Source: Polyangia bacterium
GTDB lineage: Bacteria; Myxococcota_A; Polyangia; JAAYKL01
Assembly: GCA_050287845.1 (NCBI GenBank)
Contig: JBNKCR010000058.1
Coordinates: 1 to 36,416 of the forward strand
Reading direction: 5' to 3'
Length of the DNA stretch: 36,416 nt
Position numbers and translations under genes: made by a program. Shown one piece after another: positions 19,492 to 29,145 of the stretch (positions within the stretch are counted from its first letter, which is position 1; each line of letters begins with the position of its first letter). Below the pieces are notes generated by a model. That model saw nothing but the letters and a program-made list of their open reading frames with translations. It was not told the DNA's origin and made no database searches.

Positions 19492-19576
19492 AACGGAACT
19501 TCCCCTGCACGGTGGACGCAATAGTCCCTGTAACCGACTGCAATTATACCTGTTTACGTTCTGAGGGGAGTTTTTT
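19492..19576 (+). repeat. 85-bp hairpin element with 3' T-tract, copy B
   Basis: 77/85 identical to 2996-3080. Confidence 0.9.
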
Positions 19577-19619
19577 TCCTATGCTTTGTCCACCATACTT
19601 TGACGGGTGAAATGCGCTA

Positions 19620-19641
19620 CTCCCCCTTTTTCAAAGGGGAG
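19620..19641. terminator. Short hairpin downstream of the protease gene
   Basis: ctcccccttt..aaaggggag stem about 40 nt past the minus-strand stop; no clear U-tract on the minus strand. Confidence 0.4.
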
Positions 19642-19678
19642 CTTCACTCTTACCCGACAAGATTGATTTGACTGAGTG

Positions 19679-21313
19679 CTAGAAAAGTTCCAGCCCTTTG
19701 CGTCCGGAAACCATACCGATACCGGTGGTTGGCGCTGGAATTGCATTTTTCAGCCAGCACCTGGCCTGCGCGCCCTGAACCCCCGGGGGAACATAGGTCC
19801 ACGCTCTGCACTGACTTTCCGAATAACAGGCTGCCTGGCAAATCTGCGGTTCGGGAGTGCTGATAAAGTATGATCTGTAGTCACTGCCCCCGCGATCCAC
19901 ATTTGCCTCCATGCCCATTTTCACACCGGATGTCATCGGAACGCCTGCACCGGTTCGTGTATTCCGGACCGGATCCCTGACTTCATCTTTCAGCCAGCAT
20001 CTGGCATATGTGCCCTGAATGCCTCTGGGCACGTATGTCCATGCACGGCATCGAGCAGCACGCGCACACGAATCCGCACACGTGAAAGGATCAAGACTGG
20101 TAGTCCAGAAACTCGTATAGTCGCCGCCGGGGCGATCGATATTGGGTTCCATTGAACGTCGATTTCCCGATTTGCAGGTACTGCACGTGGAAACTGCGGG
20201 AATCGCATTTTTCAGCCAGCAGACGCCCGCGCTGGTATACGTATATGCATCGCAATTACTGTCTGCGGCACAATCTGCCTCACAAATTTCGGCTCTGGCC
20301 ACACTGTAGTGGGTATAGTCCGAACCACCCCGATCGAATGTACCTGGATTCATGGGGAATCCCGAGATGGCATTTGCATTGGGCGAAGCGTCCGGAATAG
20401 CACCCTTGAGCCAACATCGCTGCGTGCTGAGCGCATAGGTAAAGGATCTGCAATCCTTGTTTTTGCGACACGCTTCCTGGCACAGCACCGGGCCATTTCC
20501 CGACGAGTTGGAAATATAGGTATTGGTGATGTCAAATCCACCTCTGTCTATCCCCACCTCCAGCTGACTGTCCACCGATCGCATAATGGCTTCCACGCGA
20601 GGTTTGAGCAATGTGGGATCGGCATAGATGTCCCATGCGGATTCACCCGGGTCATACTGACCATTTCCATTGCTGTCGATGAATGAATAGGCACTGTTGA
20701 TACCGACGATCTCTCCACCACTGTTCAGTCCACCTCTGCGTACGGGTCCACCGGAATCACCGGGGCACAGACGGTTGCTGGTTCCCCAGTTGAAGGTGGT
20801 GTACCGTTTAGTGGACGTTCCGCCATTGGGTCTCACGTTACACCCAAAACCGAACACCGTCACCTGTTCACCTGATACTGGCGCGATTTCAGCCAATTTG
20901 GCAGGGGTTGCCACACTGGCGGGCACCTGCGTGCTCAATCTGCCGATGGCGACATCAAACGTACCGGCATCGTTATTCAGACTGTATACGCGTGAAATGG
21001 GGTATGAATGCGTTCCGGTTGTGAATGTACCGCCAGTGGGATTACCATAGGCAACACAATGGGCCGCAGTGATAAACCACTGTTCAGAAATCAGAGTGGC
21101 GGTGCAACCGGCGATTTGTCCCACTTCCGGACGTGTTGTTGCCGAAATGACAGTTCCGTCAAGTAATTCGGCGGGAGGACATGTCTCATCTGTCATAGCC
21201 ATGATTTCCACGCCATCATCCATTTCTGTGCAACTGGCACACATTCCCAGCACTGTCGCGCATATTATTGCGCAAACATACATAAGCCTTCGACTTGTCA
21301 ACATCTGTCTCAT
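19679..21313 (-). CDS. Trypsin-like (S1) serine protease lipoprotein with four PAN/apple domains
   Basis: Catalytic motifs TAAHC, FDVAI and CPGDSGGP; four DRxGxD..CxxxC..CxxxTY..CWLK repeats; lipobox CAS-C; aaggag RBS before ATG 21313. Confidence 0.9.
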   Translation of the reverse strand: MRQMLTSRRLMYVCAIICATVLGMCASCTEMDDGVEIMAMTDETCPPAELLDGTVISATTRPEVGQIAGCTATLISEQWFITAAHCVAYGNPTGGTFTTGTHSYPISRVYSLNNDAGTFDVAIGRLSTQVPASVATPAKLAEIAPVSGEQVTVFGFGCNVRPNGGTSTKRYTTFNWGTSNRLCPGDSGGPVRRGGLNSGGEIVGINSAYSFIDSNGNGQYDPGESAWDIYADPTLLKPRVEAIMRSVDSQLEVGIDRGGFDITNTYISNSSGNGPVLCQEACRKNKDCRSFTYALSTQRCWLKGAIPDASPNANAISGFPMNPGTFDRGGSDYTHYSVARAEICEADCAADSNCDAYTYTSAGVCWLKNAIPAVSTCSTCKSGNRRSMEPNIDRPGGDYTSFWTTSLDPFTCADSCARAARCRAWTYVPRGIQGTYARCWLKDEVRDPVRNTRTGAGVPMTSGVKMGMEANVDRGGSDYRSYFISTPEPQICQAACYSESQCRAWTYVPPGVQGAQARCWLKNAIPAPTTGIGMVSGRKGLELF

Positions 21314-21556
21314 TTGTTCTATCTCCTTTTTCATCAAAATACAGAACGCCATCCGGGCGTTCCAAAAGGTGGGCAGTGCCCACGGATTCGCCAACCACAT
21401 TGCATCTGCGTCGAGAATGAACGTTTGTATTCGCGTTTGACCTACAGCTTTTTTTTATTTGGATTTAATGTAGCAGATTTTTTTCAGAGTCAAAGAAAAA
21501 TCGCACCGTTCTCTGCAACTTCACGCCAAGGTTGTTAAAACATCATCGGGAGTAAA

Positions 21557-21848
21557 ACAGATGCGATAAGATTCGGGCTATGAAAACAATGTTGATAGTC
21601 AATACGGTCAATACGGAGGCAATGCATGCGGACGGCCAGGGGGGCGACCAGTTTGATTCCGCCAGCAAAATCGCGGAAATACAGGCAGGTTTAATGTGCG
21701 TCCGCAAGGCCCGACCGAGGTGTAGCCATCGCTACATCGACCGAGGGACTGAGGACGAAAGCTTAAAGATGCCGGATTTCTGCGATTGCAGCAAGGATGC
21801 AAACCGGTCGCCGCTCTAAAATATAGTGCCTTTAAAATACCAGACCGT
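21557..21848 (+). repeat. Intergenic repeat R1, copy 1 (5'-truncated, interrupted by a MITE)
   Basis: tgcgataagattcgggctatgaaa...caatacggtcaatacggaggcaatgcatgcggacggc, then the insertion, then aatatagtgcctttaaaataccagaccgt. Confidence 0.9.
21639..21816. mobile_element. 178-bp MITE-like palindromic insertion
   Basis: Absent from R1 copies 2 and 3; 22-bp terminal inverted repeats match 17/22; flanked by CA and TA; folds as one long hairpin. Confidence 0.8.
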
Positions 21849-21938
21849 GCATGGTTCTTAGTTGAGCTGTTATTTTCAGCGATTCCACCTTATGACTGAG
21901 AATAACTTTTTTATTGCTAACTTGTAAGGAGAACGACA

Positions 21939-22847
21939 TTGAAAACCAATATAAAAAATTACAGTATTGTGATTGTCATATTATTATTGGCAGTCGGATG
22001 TGGGTCGGAGGAAAATCCCGACACAGAGATGAATAATACAAACAGCGACAGCGATACGGACAGCGACACTGACTCGGACAGTGATGGCGATACGGACAGC
22101 GACAGCGATACAGACAGCGACAGCGATACAGACAGCGACAGCGATACAGACTCAGACTCGGGTGAATTTGTGTTGCAATGGTCCGATGAGTTCGACGACT
22201 TTGACAGTTCAAAATGGGAATTGATGACACATAGCTGGGATGGAAATGTGTCACAATTTTCCACAGAAAATACTCGGTTCGAAGATGGTCTGCTTTTCCT
22301 TGATTTGACAGAGGAACCAGATGACAGTGAAAAACCATATCGCGGAGTTGAAATGCGTTCTGTTGAGACGCTGACGTATGGAAAAATCGAAGCATCCTGC
22401 AAATTCGCCCCTGGTTCCGGTGTGGTATCCTCATTGGTGGCCATTTACACACCGTGGCCTCCGGACGACTGGAACGAAATAGACATTGAGTATTTAGGCA
22501 AAAACAGTGACGAGATTCAGTTTAATCACATGATTAACATTCCCCCTGCGAACCCGGAAACTGATCATCGTCAATACCCCCACATGGCATCGCTGGGGTT
22601 CAACCCCACCGAAGAATTTCACACGTACACTATTGAGTGGGTACCGGATGAGGTTCGTTTTATAGTGGACGGCAAATTGTTGTACACTGCCACAGAGGAA
22701 GCTTCCCGTCTTATGCTGCCTCAAAATATTCTTCTTACCGTATGGGCGTCTGATGCCGCAGACTGGGCTGGTCCTCTCGATGATGCCTCAACACCGACCG
22801 CCGCGGTGTACGACTGGATTAAGGTATACAGCTACGTTGACAAATAA
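21939..22847 (+). CDS. GH16 beta-glucanase (lichenase-like) lipoprotein with Asp-Ser/Thr linker
   Basis: Lipobox AVG-C, DS/DT tract, WSDEFD, catalytic WNEIDIEYLG and FHTYTIEW; aaggag RBS before the TTG start. Confidence 0.93.
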   Translation: MKTNIKNYSIVIVILLLAVGCGSEENPDTEMNNTNSDSDTDSDTDSDSDGDTDSDSDTDSDSDTDSDSDTDSDSGEFVLQWSDEFDDFDSSKWELMTHSWDGNVSQFSTENTRFEDGLLFLDLTEEPDDSEKPYRGVEMRSVETLTYGKIEASCKFAPGSGVVSSLVAIYTPWPPDDWNEIDIEYLGKNSDEIQFNHMINIPPANPETDHRQYPHMASLGFNPTEEFHTYTIEWVPDEVRFIVDGKLLYTATEEASRLMLPQNILLTVWASDAADWAGPLDDASTPTAAVYDWIKVYSYVDK

Positions 22848-22985
22848 CTGGGCGACCAGCGTCCTGCGTACTGCTGGTGGCATTTTTGCTATGGCAATTG
22901 ACTTTGAAAATTTCATAAATCCTTTAAAATTTTGCCACTCTGCAATAGAAAAAAGGTACGCCAATGAAACCATTCTTCCTGTTGC

Positions 22986-23222
22986 ATATTTTTTTACCTC
23001 AAAAGGCGGAAGATCTGCGCCGTGCTGCGTTCATCGGGCAGCACAATGTGCAGGATTTCAGGCCAGTTGGAGGGTGCTGCAGATGAGAAATTGCCAGACA
23101 ATGGGCCACAGTTGCGATAAGATTCAGGCTATGAAAGCAATGTTGATGTTCAATACGGTCAATACGGAGGCAATGCATGCTGACGGCGAATACAATATGG
23201 TATCTTTGAAATACCTGACCGT
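22986..23222 (+). repeat. Intergenic repeat R1, copy 2
   Basis: About 235 bp, colinear with 25502-25736. Confidence 0.92.
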
Positions 23223-23297
23223 TATCGCATGGATTCTACTTGACAGATTGCCTGCCAAAGAAGACCACAATTTAAATTGGGAAAGCGAATAAGTAAA

Positions 23298-25271
23298 ATG
23301 AAACGAACAGTATCTATAATGATATGTATCGTATGTTTTTTGATAACTTCGTTATCGAAAGCCGAAACCGTCACCGTGAAAATAAACGTTAAAAACCAAG
23401 GGGCCGAGATCAATCCATTTGTCTACGGCCAGTTTATCGAGCACCTGGGGCGATGCATCTACGGCGGCATCTGGGCTGAGATGCTCGAGGATCGAAAGTT
23501 CTTTTTTCCGATTACTGAAAATTATAAGCCGTACGTGGACCTGACAGATACCGATTATCCTGTAGTGGGCGCCTCTCCCTGGGAGATTGACGGCGACGCT
23601 TCTCTGGTGACGATGGTTGAGGCCGATTCCTTTGTGGGCGATCATACCCCTCATCTAAAAGAAGGCGCGGCGATACAGCAACGGGACCTGGGCGTCTTGT
23701 CCGGAAAAAAGTATGTGGGCTATATCTGGGTCAAACCGGACAGCAATAGAAGAGAGACCCGCGTCAAGGTTTCCCTTGAGTTCAGCGGCAATCGCAATGT
23801 CAGCAAGATAATTTCTCTGAAACCGGGCAAGTATAAAAAAACGGCGTTTGAGTTCACGTCCCTTGAAACCACCGAGAAGGCAATCCTGAGAATAGAGGCC
23901 CTGAAGGGGAATGTTTTTGTGGGTACGGTATCTCTCATGCCCAAAGACAATATTCAGGGCATGCGAAGGGATACCCTTTTACTTCTCAAGGAACTGAACG
24001 CGCCGATATATCGCTGGCCGGGCGGAAATTTTACCAGTGGATACGAATGGCGTGACGGTATTGGTGACCGGGATCGCAGACCTCCCCGCATGAATCCCGC
24101 CTGGACAGGGGTGGAACACAACGACTTTGGTACCGATGAGTTCATCGCGTTTTGTCGGGAGGTCAATGCAGAGCCTATGATAGCTGTCAACACAGGTTTT
24201 GGAGATGCCCATTCCGCTGCGGAGTGGGTGGACTACTGTAATTCCAGCGCGGATACCACCGGCGGCAGCTATCGTGTGAACAACGGTCACAAGAAACCGT
24301 ATAACGTGAAACACTGGTGTGTGGGCAACGAGATGCACGGTGAATGGCAGCTCGGATTTATGCAGCTCAAGCATTATACAATCAAACACAACATGGTGTC
24401 TAAAGCCATGTGGGAAGCAGACCCCGAGCTCGTTCTCATCGGCGTCGGCGACGTTTATAGAATTAATGAGAACTATGATCCGGATTCGAAACAGCGAAAA
24501 CGAACCTGGTCGCGAGGCATGCTCGAAGACAGCGCTGACTGGATGAACATGCTCTCGGAGCATTTTTATGTCGGCCGTGTTCCCTGGACAACGGAAAAAC
24601 GCAAGCCCGTTCTCGAACATGTACCGATGGCAAAGAACGCCATCCGCGATCGGGTCAACGCCTATAGGAAACTGCAGGCATCCGTCGAAAACCTTAAAGG
24701 GCGATTCATTCCGATGGCCCTCGACGAGTGGAATTACTGGCATCGTGACTATGTGTATGGAGAGCTCGGGTGTATCTACGATCTGCAGGATGCGCTGGGG
24801 ATTGCCATGGGACTCCATGAGATATATCGCCAGAGTGAGACCATCCAACTGGCAAACTATGCGCAGGCCGTGAATGTCATCGGTGCAATTAAAACCACGG
24901 ATACGGATGCCGAGTTTGCGGCTACCGGTCTGGTTCTCAAGCTCTATCGCAACTATTTTGGATCTAGACCCCTTAACTTCAAGGGAGAAATCGGTCACCT
25001 GGATGTCATGGCCGCTCTGAATGAGACGGGAGATGTTCTTACCCTCAGTGCGGTGAACCCAACGGACGAGGTCGTCAACATAAAACTCGAAGGAGTGGAT
25101 GTCCCTTCAAATGCGACAAAGCTCGTCATTACGGGTGAGAAAGATTATTCCCACAATGCGCCCGGTAAGGCACGGGGCGTGGATCTTCTTGACCTGGGTA
25201 CCGTATCAATAGTTGACGGTTTGGAGGCCGGGCCGCTCAGCGTCAGCCTCTGGAAGATTTCTCTTAAATGA
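23298..25271 (+). CDS. Secreted GH51 alpha-L-arabinofuranosidase
   Basis: Sec signal ending SKA-E; motifs YGQFIEHLGRCIYGGIW, RWPGGNF, WCVGNEM, LDEWN and AQAVNVI. Confidence 0.93.
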   Translation: MKRTVSIMICIVCFLITSLSKAETVTVKINVKNQGAEINPFVYGQFIEHLGRCIYGGIWAEMLEDRKFFFPITENYKPYVDLTDTDYPVVGASPWEIDGDASLVTMVEADSFVGDHTPHLKEGAAIQQRDLGVLSGKKYVGYIWVKPDSNRRETRVKVSLEFSGNRNVSKIISLKPGKYKKTAFEFTSLETTEKAILRIEALKGNVFVGTVSLMPKDNIQGMRRDTLLLLKELNAPIYRWPGGNFTSGYEWRDGIGDRDRRPPRMNPAWTGVEHNDFGTDEFIAFCREVNAEPMIAVNTGFGDAHSAAEWVDYCNSSADTTGGSYRVNNGHKKPYNVKHWCVGNEMHGEWQLGFMQLKHYTIKHNMVSKAMWEADPELVLIGVGDVYRINENYDPDSKQRKRTWSRGMLEDSADWMNMLSEHFYVGRVPWTTEKRKPVLEHVPMAKNAIRDRVNAYRKLQASVENLKGRFIPMALDEWNYWHRDYVYGELGCIYDLQDALGIAMGLHEIYRQSETIQLANYAQAVNVIGAIKTTDTDAEFAATGLVLKLYRNYFGSRPLNFKGEIGHLDVMAALNETGDVLTLSAVNPTDEVVNIKLEGVDVPSNATKLVITGEKDYSHNAPGKARGVDLLDLGTVSIVDGLEAGPLSVSLWKISLK

Positions 25272-25501
25272 GCGGATCCGGAGAAACTTCAGTTTAGCCA
25301 GCATGCGGCAACCAGAATTGCCGGAAGCAACAGGACAGGTACCGATAGACAGTTAGCATATCTATCAAGAAATACCTCGATGGGGTTGGCCTACCTTCAC
25401 AACCTCCGGTTCCTCCGGGCACCGACAAGGCAGCCACCGCAGGTAGAGCTGGAATATGAATATTCACAGGTGCAGGAACCGGCCTTCCAGATAATGGCCG
25501 T

Positions 25502-25736
25502 ATATTTTTTGCCTTAAAAGGGCAGAAGGTCAGCGCCGCGTTGCGTTTATTGGGCAGCCACAATGTGCGGGATTTCAGGCCAGTTGGATGGTGCAGATGA
25601 GAAATTGCCAGACAGTGGGCCACAGTTGCGACAAGATTCGGGCTATGAAAGCAATGTTGACGGTCAATACGGTCAATACGGAGGCAATGCATGCGGACGG
25701 CGAGTACAATATACTGCCTTTAAAATACCTGACCGT
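25502..25736 (+). repeat. Intergenic repeat R1, copy 3
   Basis: Colinear with copy 2; ends in an inverted repeat, aatacggtca (25666-25675) / tgaccgtatt (25730-25739). Confidence 0.92.
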
Positions 25737-25742
25737 ATTTAC

Positions 25743-27872
25743 CTATTTAATGATGGACGGGGGCCCGATCTTGAAGCCGGCCGCGATCTGCAGCGAGGTG
25801 TCGCCGGGATACGTAATTTCCAGACCTGCGCCTGTCTGTGACCACGTGACTTCGGAACCGCCCAGCAGAGTAACGGAACCAATGGGTTGGGCAAGCTCCG
25901 TTTGACCCGTGCCGAGCGAGGCAATAGTGATCTTGTCGCCTGCCTGTGGAACCTTCAGGCAATAGGCGTACAGGTACCCATCCTCGCCTACGGTGAAACG
26001 CCAGTCGGCCGTGGTAAATGTGGCGTTGGCCTGTACCCATCCCAGTTTCCCCCCGGGCTGCCTGTTCGACCCTTCGCCATATTTGATCCAGGCCCGGCTG
26101 CCGTAGATACCGGCACCGTTGGTCTTCAACCACTCCCCTACTGCGGCAAGCTGTGTAACGCTGCCCGGGTCCAGCGAGCCGTCGGGCCTGAGCGCCACAT
26201 TCACGGCGAATGCGCCATCCCGTGAGACACACTCGATGAGCCGCACAATGACCATGCCGGCATCGTAGTTGAATCCGGTGCCGTAGAACCAATCGCCAAT
26301 GGGTGTCTCGCCTATCCACGCCTGGTCGCTCTTCACGCCGTCCGGGTAATTGTCTTCAAACGTGTTCACGATACCGCGATTCCCGGGATTGAATTTCACG
26401 ATGCCGAACGTGTCCACACTTCCGCGTCGCTCAAGCGTGCGATTGAAATAATGTGCAAGTACGCGTTGCATGGCATCGGCTTTGTAGCCGGTGCCGCTCA
26501 TGTTTCCGGAGAAAGGCTGCGTCGAATTGCCATCCGTGTAGATGAAGTCCGGATCATAATTTTCGATGACGTCGATGATTCGCAAAGCCCACCAGGTGGC
26601 GTACCAATGGGCGAATTCCAGGTGGTTCACGAAGATCCCGGATTTGAGATTCCAGCCTTGTTTATCCATGGCGTCGTAGATACCGGCATATTCGCGGAGG
26701 TTGACGGTGTAGAGCATCCGAGGATCCATGCCCTCCCACCACGTGCCCACACCGTCCGCCAGGGTCAGTCCCTCGGCATCGTAAGGAACGCCTGCCTTGC
26801 CTTGCGCGTCCGTGGTGTCGCTCCGATAGGCGCTTTGCCACCACCACCAGGTGTATTCGTGGTGGAAGGTCACACCGAAGTGCATGCCTTGCGCTCGGGC
26901 TGCGGTCTTCCACTCGCCCAGGATGTCGCGCTTGGGGCCGAGATTCATGGAATTCCACGGCTGGTAGTGCGAATTCCAGTTGTCGAACTGATCGTGGTGC
27001 ACCCCCTGGACCACAAGGAACTTTGCGCCGGCGTCGCTGTACGCCTTGGTCAATGCGGCGGGATCGAGCGCGGTCGGATTCCAGGTGTGCAGCAAATCCT
27101 TGTACCCTTCTACCGATGGATGCCCGAAATCCCGGATGTGATTGTTGTAGGATCCTTCACCTTCGATGTACATCCTGCGGGCGTACCAGTCGCCACTTTG
27201 TCCAGCGGCTTGCGGGCCAAAGTGGACCCAGATGCCGAACTTGGCCTCGCGCAACCATGCCGAATCGGTGGTTGGGTAATTGGCCTTGATCGAGTCCCAG
27301 GTTGGCTCGAAAGGCCCGTCGGCAATCGGAAAATCCATTTTCACTTCTTCGAAGTTCGCCGGGTCACCCATGGTGACGGAACCAAGCGCTTCGGGGGCAG
27401 GAACGTCGGGAATAGGTGGCAAGTCGGGAAGTTTATAGTCGTCCGTATCTGAGTCCGTGCCCGTGTCCGCATCCGTGTCTGTGTCTGTGTCCGTATCAGT
27501 GTCGGTGTCCGTGTCTGTATCCGTGTCTGTATCCGTATCGGTATCCGTATCCGTATCCGTGTCGGCATCGCCGTCTGCGTCCGTGTCGGCATCCCCGTCG
27601 GTGTCCGTGTCGGCATCGGTGTCCGAATCCGTGTCTGTGTCTGTATCTGTGTCTGTATCTGTGTCTGTATCTGTGTCTGTATCTGTGTCCGTATCTGCGT
27701 CCATGTCCGTGTCCGTATCCGTATCCGTATCGGAATCCGTGTCCGTATCGGAATCCGTATCGCCACCGTCCTCATCTCCATCACCCTTGGAGGAATCACC
27801 ACTACACCCCATGTGCACAAGTCCGGTTATCAGTAAAAGCCAAAATAAAATCGTAAGCGACTTATTGTTCAT
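25743..27872 (-). CDS. GH29 alpha-L-fucosidase-family lipoprotein with long Asp-Thr linker
   Basis: Motifs WLREAKFGIWVHFGP, WYAR, VHHDQFDNWNS, YDPDFIYTDG and GIYGSRAW; lipobox HMG-C. Start reassigned to MNNKSL, matching the paralogous N-terminus at 33899. Confidence 0.9.
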   Translation of the reverse strand: MNNKSLTILFWLLLITGLVHMGCSGDSSKGDGDEDGGDTDSDTDTDSDTDTDTDTDMDADTDTDTDTDTDTDTDTDTDTDTDSDTDADTDTDGDADTDADGDADTDTDTDTDTDTDTDTDTDTDTDTDTDTDTDADTGTDSDTDDYKLPDLPPIPDVPAPEALGSVTMGDPANFEEVKMDFPIADGPFEPTWDSIKANYPTTDSAWLREAKFGIWVHFGPQAAGQSGDWYARRMYIEGEGSYNNHIRDFGHPSVEGYKDLLHTWNPTALDPAALTKAYSDAGAKFLVVQGVHHDQFDNWNSHYQPWNSMNLGPKRDILGEWKTAARAQGMHFGVTFHHEYTWWWWQSAYRSDTTDAQGKAGVPYDAEGLTLADGVGTWWEGMDPRMLYTVNLREYAGIYDAMDKQGWNLKSGIFVNHLEFAHWYATWWALRIIDVIENYDPDFIYTDGNSTQPFSGNMSGTGYKADAMQRVLAHYFNRTLERRGSVDTFGIVKFNPGNRGIVNTFEDNYPDGVKSDQAWIGETPIGDWFYGTGFNYDAGMVIVRLIECVSRDGAFAVNVALRPDGSLDPGSVTQLAAVGEWLKTNGAGIYGSRAWIKYGEGSNRQPGGKLGWVQANATFTTADWRFTVGEDGYLYAYCLKVPQAGDKITIASLGTGQTELAQPIGSVTLLGGSEVTWSQTGAGLEITYPGDTSLQIAAGFKIGPPSIIK
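27440..27762 (-). repeat. Coding (Asp-Thr)n low-complexity tract
   Basis: 6-nt periodic GAY-ACN repeat of more than 100 codons. Confidence 0.95.
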
Positions 27873-28250
27873 GTTATTCTCCCGCTGTTGAAATTTCATA
27901 AAAAGCGTATCCCGATTTGTACGCCTGCAGCCCAGATTCTGTACTTTCATCGAATGCGAGTTGCATTTATTTCCCTGCTGTTCGGGCAAAACTACCGGCT
28001 TTTCAATCAGCAGGTGGTTTTCCCACAAATTTAAATATAAAATGACGCATCCACTCACCAAGCCGAATCAATGTCCCATTGATTGCACACAGTGCCCATC
28101 GGGGTCACCTGATTCGGCAGGACACTATGTTCAGGGACGATTAAATGAACATTGCATGCGCCATTAAATCTCTTCTAAATAATCCGGTAATCTCTAATCG
28201 CAAATCGGGAAAAAATAGTCCATTTCTTTTTAACGTGTATTTTTTCATAA
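27700..28250 (-). repeat. Repeat R2 copy A: ~380-bp upstream region + signal peptide + start of linker
   Basis: Colinear, high identity with ~33715-34278. Confidence 0.92.
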
Positions 28251-28371
28251 TCGCTTTTTACACCAATAACACCTTTATCTTTATTTAAGATGAAGCGTTG
28301 TTCAAAGCGCGTGTGATATCATTGAACAGATGATTATACTTAACAGGGACGAAGCAAATAAGCGTGAGAAA

Positions 28372-29145
28372 ATGAAAACCCGCATGGTATCACGACCTCG
28401 AAAACAAAAATCACTTTTCACCGCGGCGCCGCTTCGGCTGTGCACCCTTCTCCTCGTGGGGGGATGCTACAGCTCCTGGATGGTCGAACCGTCACTGGAT
28501 ACAGAAACGACGCGCGAGGAGAATCCATCAGCCGCGGACAACAACCGACGTGAAACGGACAGTTTGACAATCGATACGACAACCGCTTCCCTGATAGACA
28601 CTGATTCTGTTGTTGATAGCTGCGCACCCCAGATAGACGGCTTGTCCGATACGGAACGCGAGGCCGTAGATGCTTCAGTATGCGCACCGATGTTCGATTT
28701 CTACTGGGTCGTACCGTCAAAGTTGGCGGGGATGTCGTTACCCGGCAAGAGCCAGGCGATAGAGTCGGATCTCTGCTATTTGGAGGAGGTCAGGATAACG
28801 CTTCTATTCACGCTGACAGAAGAATCTTTGCTGCTGAATCCCTGCGATTGGGCCTTTGCAGTCGTTCATGTACCGGTGGCCGACTTCACCGCTCCGGCAA
28901 TCGAACAGCTTCTCTTCTTTCTGGCGCTCACCGAAGAGGAGATATCACGAGGCGGATCCGTTGCAGTACACTGCCTGGGAGGCACAGGACGGTCAGGAAC
29001 CTTTTTGTCCGCATACTTCATCTATCAGGGTATGTCCGTGGAGGAGGCCGTCGCCCACGTCAGAGAATCGCGCCCCGGTGCGGTAGAGACAGCTTCGCAG
29101 ATGGACGTCCTGAATGAATTGTACTTACTGCTCCACGAAAACTAG
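28372..29145 (+). CDS. DUSP23-like dual-specificity phosphatase with lipoprotein signal
   Basis: Motifs FYWVVPSKLAGMSLP, VADFTAP, HCLGGTGRSGT (CX5R) and RPGAVET; N-terminal LLLVGG-C and a Thr/Asp-rich linker. Start uncertain (28372 or 28384). Confidence 0.85.
   Translation: MKTRMVSRPRKQKSLFTAAPLRLCTLLLVGGCYSSWMVEPSLDTETTREENPSAADNNRRETDSLTIDTTTASLIDTDSVVDSCAPQIDGLSDTEREAVDASVCAPMFDFYWVVPSKLAGMSLPGKSQAIESDLCYLEEVRITLLFTLTEESLLLNPCDWAFAVVHVPVADFTAPAIEQLLFFLALTEEEISRGGSVAVHCLGGTGRSGTFLSAYFIYQGMSVEEAVAHVRESRPGAVETASQMDVLNELYLLLHEN

Noticed and set aside
21514..21529. Sigma54-like TTGGCGTGAAGTTGCA upstream of the protease
   Set aside because: GG-to-GC spacing is one base short of the strict -24/-12 requirement.
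21557..25736. R1 as integron attC sites or as a small conserved gene (MKAMLxVNTVNTEAMHADGE)
   Set aside because: No RYYYAAC/GTTRRRY boxes. The ORFs have inconsistent starts and stops among copies, indels upstream, and one is disrupted by a MITE.
27873..28061. N-terminal extension of GH29 in the ORF track (and similar extensions of MATE, acyltransferase, protease and C_GCAxxG genes)
   Set aside because: Signal-peptide position, RBS placement and the paralogous non-coding R2 copy indicate the downstream starts used here.
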